Below, in pieces: positions 17,333 to 25,062 of a stretch of 55,132 nucleotides of DNA. The notes beneath the pieces are model-generated. The model had not been told where the DNA came from. It saw nothing but the letters and a program-made list of their open reading frames with translations, and made no database searches. Where the stretch lies: assembly GCA_964649245.1 (NCBI GenBank), contig CAZYOS010000002.1, positions 1 through 55,132 of the forward strand. The letters run 5' to 3'. The position numbers and the translations under genes were made by a program. The first letter of the stretch is position 1. The number at the start of each line of letters is the position of its first letter. The stretch is from an uncultured Clostridium sp. Its GTDB lineage: Bacteria > Bacillota_I > Bacilli_A > RF39 > UBA660.

Positions 17333-18907
17333 CTACATTAATTTCTTAAGTCTTTCTAAATATGCTTTACATTCATTCATATTTTCTTTTCCAAACTCTG
17401 TATTTAAGTATGAAATATATCCATCAATTTCATCTCTAATAAATGAAAGATTTAATTGTTCAAATTTTCTTAATACTTTTTTACACAATATATAATCAAA
17501 TCCATCTATTTCTTTTCCACCACAGCCAACGTATACAGGAACGAATTCCTTAATATGTTTAACAATTCTGTTACCAAAAGCAAGTCTAAAGTGTTCAATA
17601 ACATAATCATCCATTTTTTCTAGTTTATCAAGAATTTCTTGACTAACTGGATGCTCAGCTTTAGCTTCATCAAATTTACTTTCAAGATATTTACTGCTTA
17701 TTTCTAATTGATCAGTAGGAGGAGCATCAAATGGCACACCTTTTTCATTTATATCTATTGGCATTGCACGGTCGTAAACCTTATCAGTTACCATAAATGT
17801 TGAATCATCATTATTTATTGTTCCAATATACCACATATTATCAGGTATCTTTAATTTACCTTTTTCTATTTTAATTGGATCATTTGGCCAAACATTAGGT
17901 ACTAGGTCTATAATCCACTCATCTCTACTAGGCATTTCAAGTATAGACAACATTTCTGCAAAATAATATTCAACACGAGCTATATTCATTTCATCTAAAA
18001 TTGTTAAATAAACTATATCTTTATATTTTGCTTCATACATTTTACTTAAAACTTCTGTTTCGTTAAACTTTTTAGTAAATTCGTTAAAGAATCCAAATAG
18101 TTCTGTCCTATCTCTCCATGATGGCTGTACTGAAGCAATTACTGCATCGTTTTTAGTAAATTTACCCCAAGCATATGGAAGAGAAGTTTTACCTGTACCA
18201 GAGATACCTTGTAAAATAACTAATCTAGTAGCACCTAAAGCTGATACAAATAGTCTAATAATATCAATTCTATAATATAATCTCATTTTTGAAGCAGAAA
18301 ACAATCTAAACTGTTCACATAATTCTTCAAGAGTAAATTTATTATTAAAGTTAGGTGGCTTATATCCCTCCATTGCAATATCAATTTGGGTAAGTTTATA
18401 GAATCTACTTTTTTCTCTATCAGCAGAACTAACAGCAGATTCTTCTTTCTTTTCACCAGTTCCAGCATTTTCTTTATCTTCAGCTACATTCTCAGGTAAT
18501 GCTTCTGTAGCACTTACTCCAGGTTGCAATCCAATTTGGCTTACTTTCATAGCAAGTATATCTTCTTTTTCTTGAGTTAATTTATAGACGGCTTGATTTA
18601 AATCACCTATTTCTTGTAATAATGATTCTTGCTCAACTAAAGTTTTTCTTATTCTTATATATTTTCTTACTAAAAGCACTATCATAAGTATTATCATTGC
18701 AAGTATTATTAAAAACACTAAAATAACTAATCCAACTACTACCCAAGCAGGACCAGATATTTCGCTTTTATATCCATTAACAATATTAAAATATGCTTTA
18801 AAATTAAACATATCATATAAACCTAATCCTATGTTTTTAAAGATTCTTATTAAACCATTAAAAAATTGGGACATAAAGTCAAATAGAAATCTTATAAAAA
18901 AATTCAT
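17333..18907 (-). CDS. Membrane-anchored McrB-family AAA+ GTPase (paralog 1), 524 aa
   Basis: The start is re-set to the ATG at 18907 (RBS AGGAG, downstream of the predicted promoter). An N-terminal Phe/Gly-rich amphipathic segment is followed by one TM helix (AWVVVGLVILVFLIILAMIILMIVLLV-RKYIRIRK, positive-inside) and a coiled coil. The AAA+ domain has Walker A LQGISGTGKTSL, Walker B/McrB motif ILDEMNIARVEYYFAEMLS and YIGTINNDDSTFMVTDKVYDRA (compare McrB MNTADRS..D.ALRRRF). Confidence 0.7.
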   Translation of the reverse strand: MNFFIRFLFDFMSQFFNGLIRIFKNIGLGLYDMFNFKAYFNIVNGYKSEISGPAWVVVGLVILVFLIILAMIILMIVLLVRKYIRIRKTLVEQESLLQEIGDLNQAVYKLTQEKEDILAMKVSQIGLQPGVSATEALPENVAEDKENAGTGEKKEESAVSSADREKSRFYKLTQIDIAMEGYKPPNFNNKFTLEELCEQFRLFSASKMRLYYRIDIIRLFVSALGATRLVILQGISGTGKTSLPYAWGKFTKNDAVIASVQPSWRDRTELFGFFNEFTKKFNETEVLSKMYEAKYKDIVYLTILDEMNIARVEYYFAEMLSILEMPSRDEWIIDLVPNVWPNDPIKIEKGKLKIPDNMWYIGTINNDDSTFMVTDKVYDRAMPIDINEKGVPFDAPPTDQLEISSKYLESKFDEAKAEHPVSQEILDKLEKMDDYVIEHFRLAFGNRIVKHIKEFVPVYVGCGGKEIDGFDYILCKKVLRKFEQLNLSFIRDEIDGYISYLNTEFGKENMNECKAYLERLKKLM

Positions 18908-18948
18908 AAAAATACTCCTATTATACCTATTATTCAGTATACATACTA

Positions 18949-18977
18949 AGTATATCATTATTCGACATTATTCTCAA
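18949..18977 (-). promoter_or_regulatory. SigmaA-like promoter with extended -10 (TTGAGA-17-TGaTATACT)
   Basis: The -35 TTGAGA is at 18977-18972, the spacer is 17 nt, and TGa plus TATACT is at 18957-18949. It lies just downstream of the sipW-2 terminator and upstream of the RBS/ATG at 18907. Confidence 0.45.
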
Positions 18978-19024
18978 CAAAAAAAATAGGTTTTTTATAG
19001 ATTTTAAGCAAAAAATCTTATCAT

Positions 19025-19054
19025 AAAAAAAGAAAATCAAGCAACTTGATTTTC
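19025..19054 (-). terminator. Intrinsic terminator straddling the sipW-2 stop codon
   Basis: On the minus strand the sequence reads GAAAATCAAG-TTG-CTTGATTTTC followed by TTTTTTTAT. The stem is a perfect 10-bp inverted repeat; with a 3-nt loop the innermost pair may stay open. Confidence 0.65.
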
Positions 19055-19621
19055 CCTCTTTATTTGTTCTATTAGCTCTCTCTTTTTTTCTTCCATTATA
19101 GTACTAATAAATTTATATATTTGATATATAAATAGTATAAACAATGGGAAGACAATGAATACAAAGAATCCTACTCTTCCTGATAAGAATGAGAATATAG
19201 TACCTAAAACAGGTATTCTTGTACCAGTGTACATGGATACTACTGAACTAGGAAATACATCTTCAGAATCGACTGTTGGATTATTATCTCCTTTTGTAGT
19301 ATAAGAAACAGATCCACCTAAATCATTAACAGCGGTAATACGGTGAGTTTTAATAATTAAATCCTTACCCTCATATCCAACAAAAGATATTACATCACCT
19401 TTGCTTAAATTATATGGATTTGCAACTGCTTTAGTAACTATCAAATCCCCCGTCATAATTGCTGGTTCCATTGAACCAGATTGAATGTTCATCAACATGT
19501 ATCCACCAACTTCAGGAAGACCCTTTTCATTAGTCTTTAATGAAGCAAATGTCATTACTACGGCAATTACAATGATAATTACCAAGAGAGTATTTCCTAA
19601 AACTGATAATACTTTTTTCAT
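19037..19621 (-). CDS. sipW: Archaeal/ER-type signal peptidase I (SipW-like) paralog 2
   Basis: RBS AGGTGA. It has an N-terminal TM helix, the Ser box QSGSMEPAIMTGDLIV, the His box IKTHRI, box E TKGDNNPTVD and a C-terminal TM helix. At 194 aa it matches B. subtilis SipW in size. Confidence 0.85.
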   Translation of the reverse strand: MKKVLSVLGNTLLVIIIVIAVVMTFASLKTNEKGLPEVGGYMLMNIQSGSMEPAIMTGDLIVTKAVANPYNLSKGDVISFVGYEGKDLIIKTHRITAVNDLGGSVSYTTKGDNNPTVDSEDVFPSSVVSMYTGTRIPVLGTIFSFLSGRVGFFVFIVFPLFILFIYQIYKFISTIMEEKKRELIEQIKRENQVA

Positions 19622-19641
19622 TTATTCACCTATATTTAAAC

Positions 19642-20742
19642 CTATGGTGTTGCTACTTTAGCATTTAAATTAATAGTAACTCCAACAGCAGTACCAAGTG
19701 TAGCTGTATTTTCACAGTCAACATCTTGTCCTTCTATCCAAATATAAACTCTTACTTTTGTAATACCTTGTGAAACTGTAACAACAGTAGGATATCCTGT
19801 AAGTGTACTACTATTCCAAGCAGTTGCACCAGTTAATGTTCCATCAGCAACAGTAGTTCCTTTATTAAAGTGTCCATTACTTGTTTCAGTTTGTATTAAA
19901 TTACCAACTCCACTTGTTTGAGATGGTGTAGCTAAGAAATTAGTAGTACTAGTTAAATCAACATTTGTTCCAACTGCAGTAGCACCCTTATAAGCTTTAG
20001 TTTGTCCAGCTGTTACATAACCTCTATTAATAGCAGTTGCAGTATGTGTATCAGCATTTGGTTCCCAAATTGAGTAAGCAGTATTTGTTGCTAATGCCCA
20101 AGCAGCTGTAGCACTTGAAGCATTACCAGAATTAATAAATCCTACTCTTATTGAACTTTTAAGTCCAGCGTCTTGTCCACCTTCGTTTATGCTTACAGTT
20201 GAAGTTGGAAGTAACCCTACCTCAACAGCATCTGGATTAGATGATTGAATAAAGATATCAAATGCAATAAAATATGCATTTGCAGCTTCAGTCCATGTTG
20301 CACTTCCAGCAACACAAGCAGAAGGAGTAGTGAATGTATTATCAGAACAACTTCCGTTTGTTTCGGTAGCGGCAGTTAAATTTATACTTCCATCTTCTTG
20401 TAATTGTCCATAATACATTTTAAATTTTCCAGAATCCATTGTTCCATCAGTAGATACTGGTTGTAAATAATCACCGACATTTCCTGTTATATTTGTAGCA
20501 TCAGGAAATTGTGTAACTGAACCAGTATAATAAGCATTTCTTATATGATCAGTTGTAAGTGTTGTTTTCCAATCGGTAGCATCAGTAGATACCTGAATAC
20601 CATTAGTAGCAGATACTTGAACATCAATTCTACCTAATTGAATCAATGTGTTAGCCGTAAACCATGCATAGGTTGCAGTTGATAAGGCAACACCCGTTAA
20701 TAATAGCATAGCAAATGCTATTATAATGTTTTTCTTTTTCAT
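19642..20742 (-). CDS. Large TasA-superfamily-like secreted protein (W-x-EG-x-D-x-DC family), SipW-type signal; candidate fibre subunit
   Basis: The signal is MKKKNIIIAFAMLLLTGVALSTATYAWFTAN. The protein is Thr/Ala/Gly/Ser-rich. Further motifs are SSIRVGFINS, YSIWEPNADTH and the C-terminal VRVYIWIEGQDVDCENTATLGTAVGVTINLNAK. sipW-2 follows directly. Confidence 0.6.
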   Translation of the reverse strand: MKKKNIIIAFAMLLLTGVALSTATYAWFTANTLIQLGRIDVQVSATNGIQVSTDATDWKTTLTTDHIRNAYYTGSVTQFPDATNITGNVGDYLQPVSTDGTMDSGKFKMYYGQLQEDGSINLTAATETNGSCSDNTFTTPSACVAGSATWTEAANAYFIAFDIFIQSSNPDAVEVGLLPTSTVSINEGGQDAGLKSSIRVGFINSGNASSATAAWALATNTAYSIWEPNADTHTATAINRGYVTAGQTKAYKGATAVGTNVDLTSTTNFLATPSQTSGVGNLIQTETSNGHFNKGTTVADGTLTGATAWNSSTLTGYPTVVTVSQGITKVRVYIWIEGQDVDCENTATLGTAVGVTINLNAKVATP

Positions 20743-20764
20743 TTTAACCTTCTTTCTAAGTATT

Positions 20765-21463
20765 TTATTTGTCTTCTGCTAAAGACAAAACCATTTTCAT
20801 TTCACCACCGAGTATGGCATCTACACATTCAAAGTCATTTCCTTCCATAAAAATAACTATTGTATATTTATCCACCTCATTAGGTATAATATTTTTCCTC
20901 TGTTTTACAAAAGCTTCGGTATTACTGGGAAAAGGTATGGTTCCTTCTTCCGTTTCACCAGTTCTTGCACTTTTTTTTGCATAAACCTCTTTTGGTTCAT
21001 CATTAGTGTACATGATGATTCGAATAGCATCATCTACATTCTTAATAACTGAAAGTATATCAAGCGACATTACATAATTAGTCGTTTCGGTACCTATATT
21101 TTTGACAAAGAATGTATAAGCCATATAATTATTTCCATTATGCTCACCTTCATAATCGGTAGCAATATTTAATGGAAGCCAACTCTCAGTTATATTGTCC
21201 ATATAATCTAAAGCAGTCGCTTCAAGTCTCAAAGGAGTTTCTTTAAAATCACTAGTGGCAGACATAACTATATGCTTATTAGCACTTAAGTTAGGATCTA
21301 AAGTAATTGTGAAATTTCCTTTTTGATTAACAACATAAAGTACACAATATAATGTTGATAAGAATAGTAATAAAAACAGAAAAATTATAAAACATACTCT
21401 TCCAAACATATTTCTTCTGTATACTTTCTTTGCTGTTGTATTAGCAAACAATTTATCTTTCAT
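20765..21463 (-). CDS. Membrane-anchored (uncleaved-type TM) member of the W-x-EG-x-D-x-C beta-sandwich family
   Basis: RBS GGAGG and an ATGA overlap with the upstream gene. The TM helix VCFIIFLFLLLFLSTLYCVLYVV lacks an AWF motif. Further motifs are YTFFVKNIGTETTNYVMSLDI, DDAIRIIMYT and the C-terminal IVIFMEGNDFECVDAILGGEMKMVLSLA. Confidence 0.55.
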   Translation of the reverse strand: MKDKLFANTTAKKVYRRNMFGRVCFIIFLFLLLFLSTLYCVLYVVNQKGNFTITLDPNLSANKHIVMSATSDFKETPLRLEATALDYMDNITESWLPLNIATDYEGEHNGNNYMAYTFFVKNIGTETTNYVMSLDILSVIKNVDDAIRIIMYTNDEPKEVYAKKSARTGETEEGTIPFPSNTEAFVKQRKNIIPNEVDKYTIVIFMEGNDFECVDAILGGEMKMVLSLAEDK

Positions 21464-22659
21464 TTCTTGTCCTCCGTAGATGCTATTGTATAATATTCAA
21501 TTTTATATTTAGATAATATATTCTTGTTAATAATATTTGTTACAATAGGTATCATCTTGTTATCAATTATTTCTGATAAACGTTTACCAAACATTTCATT
21601 TTTACTATAATTTATTAGTAAAAACTTAAAATCTCTAATATCTTTTAAATCAAAACCATTTTCGACATTTTTTTCACTAAATCTTATAGCTAAATTAATA
21701 TTATTATTTTTAATAATATCAATCATATCACTATATTTTTCAAGTGAATCCAAAGGAATAACTAAATATACATAATCTTTTATGTAATTTAACCTATTAA
21801 TTATATATTGAATATTAGTATTATTTGATATAAATCCAGTATTAATTTCAATAAATAATTTAATAGGATTATTAGTTAAAACTGACATGCCTAAGAATAA
21901 TGAACTTATCTCAATCTTAATTTTATTAAGACCAGTTTTAATAATTTCCCTATCACTTATCCTGTTAATTTCTTTCCTACTATCATCTTCAAACTCTTTA
22001 AAATTGTATTTAATATCACTTATACACATTTTTTCATTGTTAGCATTTTTAATTTTGCATAAACTTCCAACAAATTCAGAATATGTATTAAGACTATCTA
22101 AAAAATCAGAGTTCTTAATAATAGTTTTTTCAAATAACATCTTAATTAATTCAGACTTTCGATCTAATTTAATTAGCAATTCAACATCAACAAATTCCTT
22201 AAGATAATTAATAATGTCTTTGTTGATTTCGTCAAAAGATACTTTTTTGCTTTGCAATAACGCTTTATCATATTGTAAAGCAATATAAATAGTAGTGGCA
22301 ATGTCAATAACTGACTTTCTATACTTCAATTCATTTAAATCATTAGTGTTATTTTTTAAATCAAATAAAGTATCGACTTCAATTATACAAAAGCATATTT
22401 CTTGTAATTCTTTATTCCTAATATTTAATTTGTTAAATATATCGAATATTGAATTATTAGTTTCTTTTATATCATTATCAAAATCATACTTGTTAAACTT
22501 TTTAAGAATATAATAATTATATAATTTACTTTTAATGCTCTTGTTATTACTGATTTTACAGGGTAATATTATATCACATATACTAGTAATAAAATTTAAT
22601 CTAAATTTTATGTACTTATCAAGTATACTTCTACTGCCCTCAATATACCTAATCTTCAA
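21460..22659 (-). CDS. Cytoplasmic hypothetical protein, paralog of 29100-30242; the 5' end is problematic (TTG start, in-frame TAG just upstream)
   Basis: The ORF-track start is a TTG. An ATG with a strong RBS (GGAGG) lies at 22686 in the same frame but is separated by a TAG at 22665-22663. The protein shares an ILDKY N-terminal motif and a similar C-terminal region with the 380-aa paralog. Confidence 0.5.
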   Translation of the reverse strand: MKIRYIEGSRSILDKYIKFRLNFITSICDIILPCKISNNKSIKSKLYNYYILKKFNKYDFDNDIKETNNSIFDIFNKLNIRNKELQEICFCIIEVDTLFDLKNNTNDLNELKYRKSVIDIATTIYIALQYDKALLQSKKVSFDEINKDIINYLKEFVDVELLIKLDRKSELIKMLFEKTIIKNSDFLDSLNTYSEFVGSLCKIKNANNEKMCISDIKYNFKEFEDDSRKEINRISDREIIKTGLNKIKIEISSLFLGMSVLTNNPIKLFIEINTGFISNNTNIQYIINRLNYIKDYVYLVIPLDSLEKYSDMIDIIKNNNINLAIRFSEKNVENGFDLKDIRDFKFLLINYSKNEMFGKRLSEIIDNKMIPIVTNIINKNILSKYKIEYYTIASTEDKK

Positions 22660-22709
22660 TGTCTAAATTATAATACTTCCTTTCATTTTAGCCTCCTACT
22701 ATATATTTG

Positions 22710-22738
22710 ATTATAGCAAAATTATAATTGTAATGCAA
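22710..22738 (-). promoter_or_regulatory. Near-consensus sigmaA-like promoter (TTGCAT-17-TGcTATAAT)
   Basis: The -35 TTGCAT is at 22738-22733, the spacer is 17 nt, and an extended -10 TG is followed by TATAAT at 22715-22710. It lies about 14 nt upstream of the GGAGG RBS. Confidence 0.5.
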
Positions 22739-22747
22739 TAATAATAC

Positions 22748-22772
22748 AAAAAAAGTATAATATTTCATACTT
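22748..22772 (-). terminator. Weak AT-rich hairpin plus T-run after the coiled-coil gene
   Basis: On the minus strand AAGTAT-GAAATATT-ATACTT is followed by TTTTTTG. The stem is only 6 bp. Confidence 0.3.
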
Positions 22773-24378
22773 AATTATTTTTAATAATATACTTATTAAT
22801 ATACTTAACTACAACAGGATTAAGTTTAGCTATACTTGCATTATTAGAATTAATAATAACTTGGCATGAATCTATATAATCATCTATATTATCTTCATCA
22901 AGTTCAATATTAATATCTATTAATTTATATCTATCCGCTATTCTTAAAGCAACATCATCTTTTTTAACAAAATCAAATGTATTTATTATCTGAATGGTAG
23001 AAGAAGTAATCAGTGCATGAAAATCATCACAAATCTTTTTTCTTTCTTCTTTTGATAAATTAAGCTCATATTTATTAATACTATCGTTTAACACATATAC
23101 ACTATTTTTAAATAGTAAAAAATCATCTAAAATTGTATACGTTTTACTTATTATTGTAGATACTTTTTCTCTAAATAAACATAAATCATAATCCACAAAT
23201 CCATCTCTAATCAAACTTATTGATGCATTAAGGCTAGTATCAAGTTCATCTATTTTTTTTGCAAGTACATCAAGTTTCTTTTGTTTTTTCTTTTCTCCAA
23301 AAAATAATGAACTTTTTCTTCTTGTTAATCTTCCTCTTTCAATAGTAACTTTGCTAAGTTCAGAATATATTTTATTTTTATTATCAAGTTCCTTTTTTAA
23401 ATCATTACTTTTTGTTGTATATACTGTTTTGTATTCTTCCTTTTTATCTGCAATTTCACTAACTATGGATATTAAATATTTGAATTTTTCATAATATTTA
23501 TATTCCATTAAATTTTCTTTTAACTGAATAATATTATTTATAAAATCGATTTTATTACATGTTTCATACTTTTCTTCACTAATAAATTTTGTCACAGAAT
23601 CTTTATATAGAGAACTATCTTTATCTAGGCTATCTGCATCTATTTCACCATTTTTAATAGCATATAATATATTAATAGGATTTTGCGAATCATCAATACT
23701 CTTTTTAAGTATTAAGTCATTTAATTCTTTTCTAGCAAATGATTCATCTATTTTATTATCTTCAACATATTTTTCTTTTTTCTTTTTTAAAAATTCTGCT
23801 ATGCCTTCTTTTTTTACAAATATGATAATCTTAATATTTAATAAAATATCATTAAGCAAATCATGACTTGTCCAATATAATTGATCAAGTTTGTCCTTCA
23901 TAAGCAATAAATAATCTTCTTTTTCCCTTACTTCAAAAAATCTAATAATATATTCTTTAACAGGAGATGATACATTAAAATCATTAGGTGTCAATGGCAT
24001 TTCATAACTTTCAAATAAAGAAAATAATTTTCTTAATATAGTATTATATTCACCTAAATCTTCAGGATACTCTAAAGCATATAATAAAGTGCACAAATCG
24101 TAAAAAACATTTGTGCCACTATAATTATCAAGTATATGAAAGTATTCTTTTAAAATATTAATTCTTTCGGAACTCTCAGGTTTTTCTTCAATAGTGGGCA
24201 TATTGGATAATAATATATCTTTCAAATCATTTGTAAGAGATTCTTGTAAACTTGTTGCCTCACTTAAAAGAACTTTTAGTGCTTTAACATCTTTAATGTT
24301 TTCAGCTAAAAGTTTTTTACTTCTATCTTCCATTGAAGAGACAGTTGATTCAATTTTACTTAAATCACTTTTCTGCAT
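22771..24378 (-). CDS. Cytoplasmic coiled-coil-rich hypothetical protein (535 aa)
   Basis: Long ORF with an ATG start and no TM or signal. It is Lys/Glu/Leu-rich with heptad-like stretches. No family recognised. Confidence 0.6.
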   Translation of the reverse strand: MQKSDLSKIESTVSSMEDRSKKLLAENIKDVKALKVLLSEATSLQESLTNDLKDILLSNMPTIEEKPESSERINILKEYFHILDNYSGTNVFYDLCTLLYALEYPEDLGEYNTILRKLFSLFESYEMPLTPNDFNVSSPVKEYIIRFFEVREKEDYLLLMKDKLDQLYWTSHDLLNDILLNIKIIIFVKKEGIAEFLKKKKEKYVEDNKIDESFARKELNDLILKKSIDDSQNPINILYAIKNGEIDADSLDKDSSLYKDSVTKFISEEKYETCNKIDFINNIIQLKENLMEYKYYEKFKYLISIVSEIADKKEEYKTVYTTKSNDLKKELDNKNKIYSELSKVTIERGRLTRRKSSLFFGEKKKQKKLDVLAKKIDELDTSLNASISLIRDGFVDYDLCLFREKVSTIISKTYTILDDFLLFKNSVYVLNDSINKYELNLSKEERKKICDDFHALITSSTIQIINTFDFVKKDDVALRIADRYKLIDINIELDEDNIDDYIDSCQVIINSNNASIAKLNPVVVKYINKYIIKNN

Positions 24379-24475
24379 TTTTCTTTTCCTCTGTCTTTAT
24401 TGTGGTAGATAGTTTATTAATTATATTTGTCATCCGAGTTAATAACTCATCAATTTTATCTAACTCTTCCTTCAT
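24365..24475 (-). CDS. Small ORF (36 aa), possible translationally coupled leader protein
   Basis: GGAGG-ATAT-ATG at 24475. The translation is MKEELDKIDELLTRMTNIINKLSTTIKTEEKKNAEK. Its stop overlaps the start of the 535-aa gene by 14 nt. It is not in the ORF track because it is too short. Confidence 0.4.
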   Translation of the reverse strand: MKEELDKIDELLTRMTNIINKLSTTIKTEEKKNAEK

Positions 24476-24483
24476 ATATCCTC

Positions 24484-24711
24484 CTACATTGATAAGAATA
24501 TAGCAAACTTCTCAATTACTTTATTATCTATATTATCATCAATATAATAGTTTTCATTTTCTTTTGTTAATTTATATATTTTAATTGCATCTTTTGTCTT
24601 TTTACCTATTTCTTCAGTTAATACATAATATTCCCTATTGAACATCAATTGTGAGTACACATAGTAAGATACATCACTCACATCTATTATTTTCCCAGTT
24701 AAATTATTCAT
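24484..24711 (-). CDS. Small cytoplasmic hypothetical protein (75 aa)
   Basis: The start is re-set to the ATG at 24711 (MNNLTGKIIDV...), which overlaps the upstream stop as ATGAATAA. The longer ORF-track version would overlap the upstream gene by 100 nt. Confidence 0.5.
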   Translation of the reverse strand: MNNLTGKIIDVSDVSYYVYSQLMFNREYYVLTEEIGKKTKDAIKIYKLTKENENYYIDDNIDNKVIEKFAIFLSM

Positions 24712-24964
24712 TTTTATCAACCTCATTTGTTTTAGATAGTGACTCAAATACCTCATTCCACATTTTCTCATTCTCAGTATATACTTTTTCTTCATGGATA
24801 TCAATTATTTCTGGTACATCATTTAAAACATCTTCTTCCTTTTGTTTAGGCTTTTTAGGAATATCAATACTTTTTAAATAATCAATTACATTTTTAACTT
24901 TTTTTTCATATTCCGTTAAGGTTTTTTCATTAATGTCATTAACTTTATCAATTATCCTTTTCAT
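24704..24964 (-). CDS. Small acidic cytoplasmic hypothetical protein (86 aa)
   Basis: RBS AGGAG with an ATG at 24964. It is helical and charged. No family recognised. Confidence 0.55.
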   Translation of the reverse strand: MKRIIDKVNDINEKTLTEYEKKVKNVIDYLKSIDIPKKPKQKEEDVLNDVPEIIDIHEEKVYTENEKMWNEVFESLSKTNEVDKNE

Positions 24965-25041
24965 ATTAAACTCCTATTATAAGTATACTATAAAAACAAC
25001 AAATATTAAAATGTTTTTATATAAAATAAATAATTTTACAC

Positions 25042-25062
25042 AAAAAAAGGAGTAAAACTCCT
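25042..25062 (-). terminator. Short hairpin plus T-run overlapping the stop of the 460-aa gene
   Basis: On the minus strand AGGAG-TTTTA-CTCCT is followed by TTTTTTTG. Confidence 0.4.

Noticed and set aside
16216-18907. Interpreting the AAA+/DUF2357 pairs as a conventional McrBC modification-dependent restriction system
   Set aside because: The McrB-like proteins replace the DNA-reader N-domain with a membrane anchor. By eye, the partners show no PD-(D/E)xK motif conserved between the paralogs. The pairs are duplicated in a fixed context with sipW/tasA-like genes and share operons with secreted proteins. A defensive, membrane-linked role is kept only as an alternative hypothesis.
24965-25060. 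Promoter for the small-gene/coiled-coil block (TATAAT at about 24979-24984)
   Set aside because: The TATAAT lies only 3 nt from the RBS, so the transcript would lack the RBS. No convincing -35 hexamer at proper spacing was found for the alternative -10 candidates.
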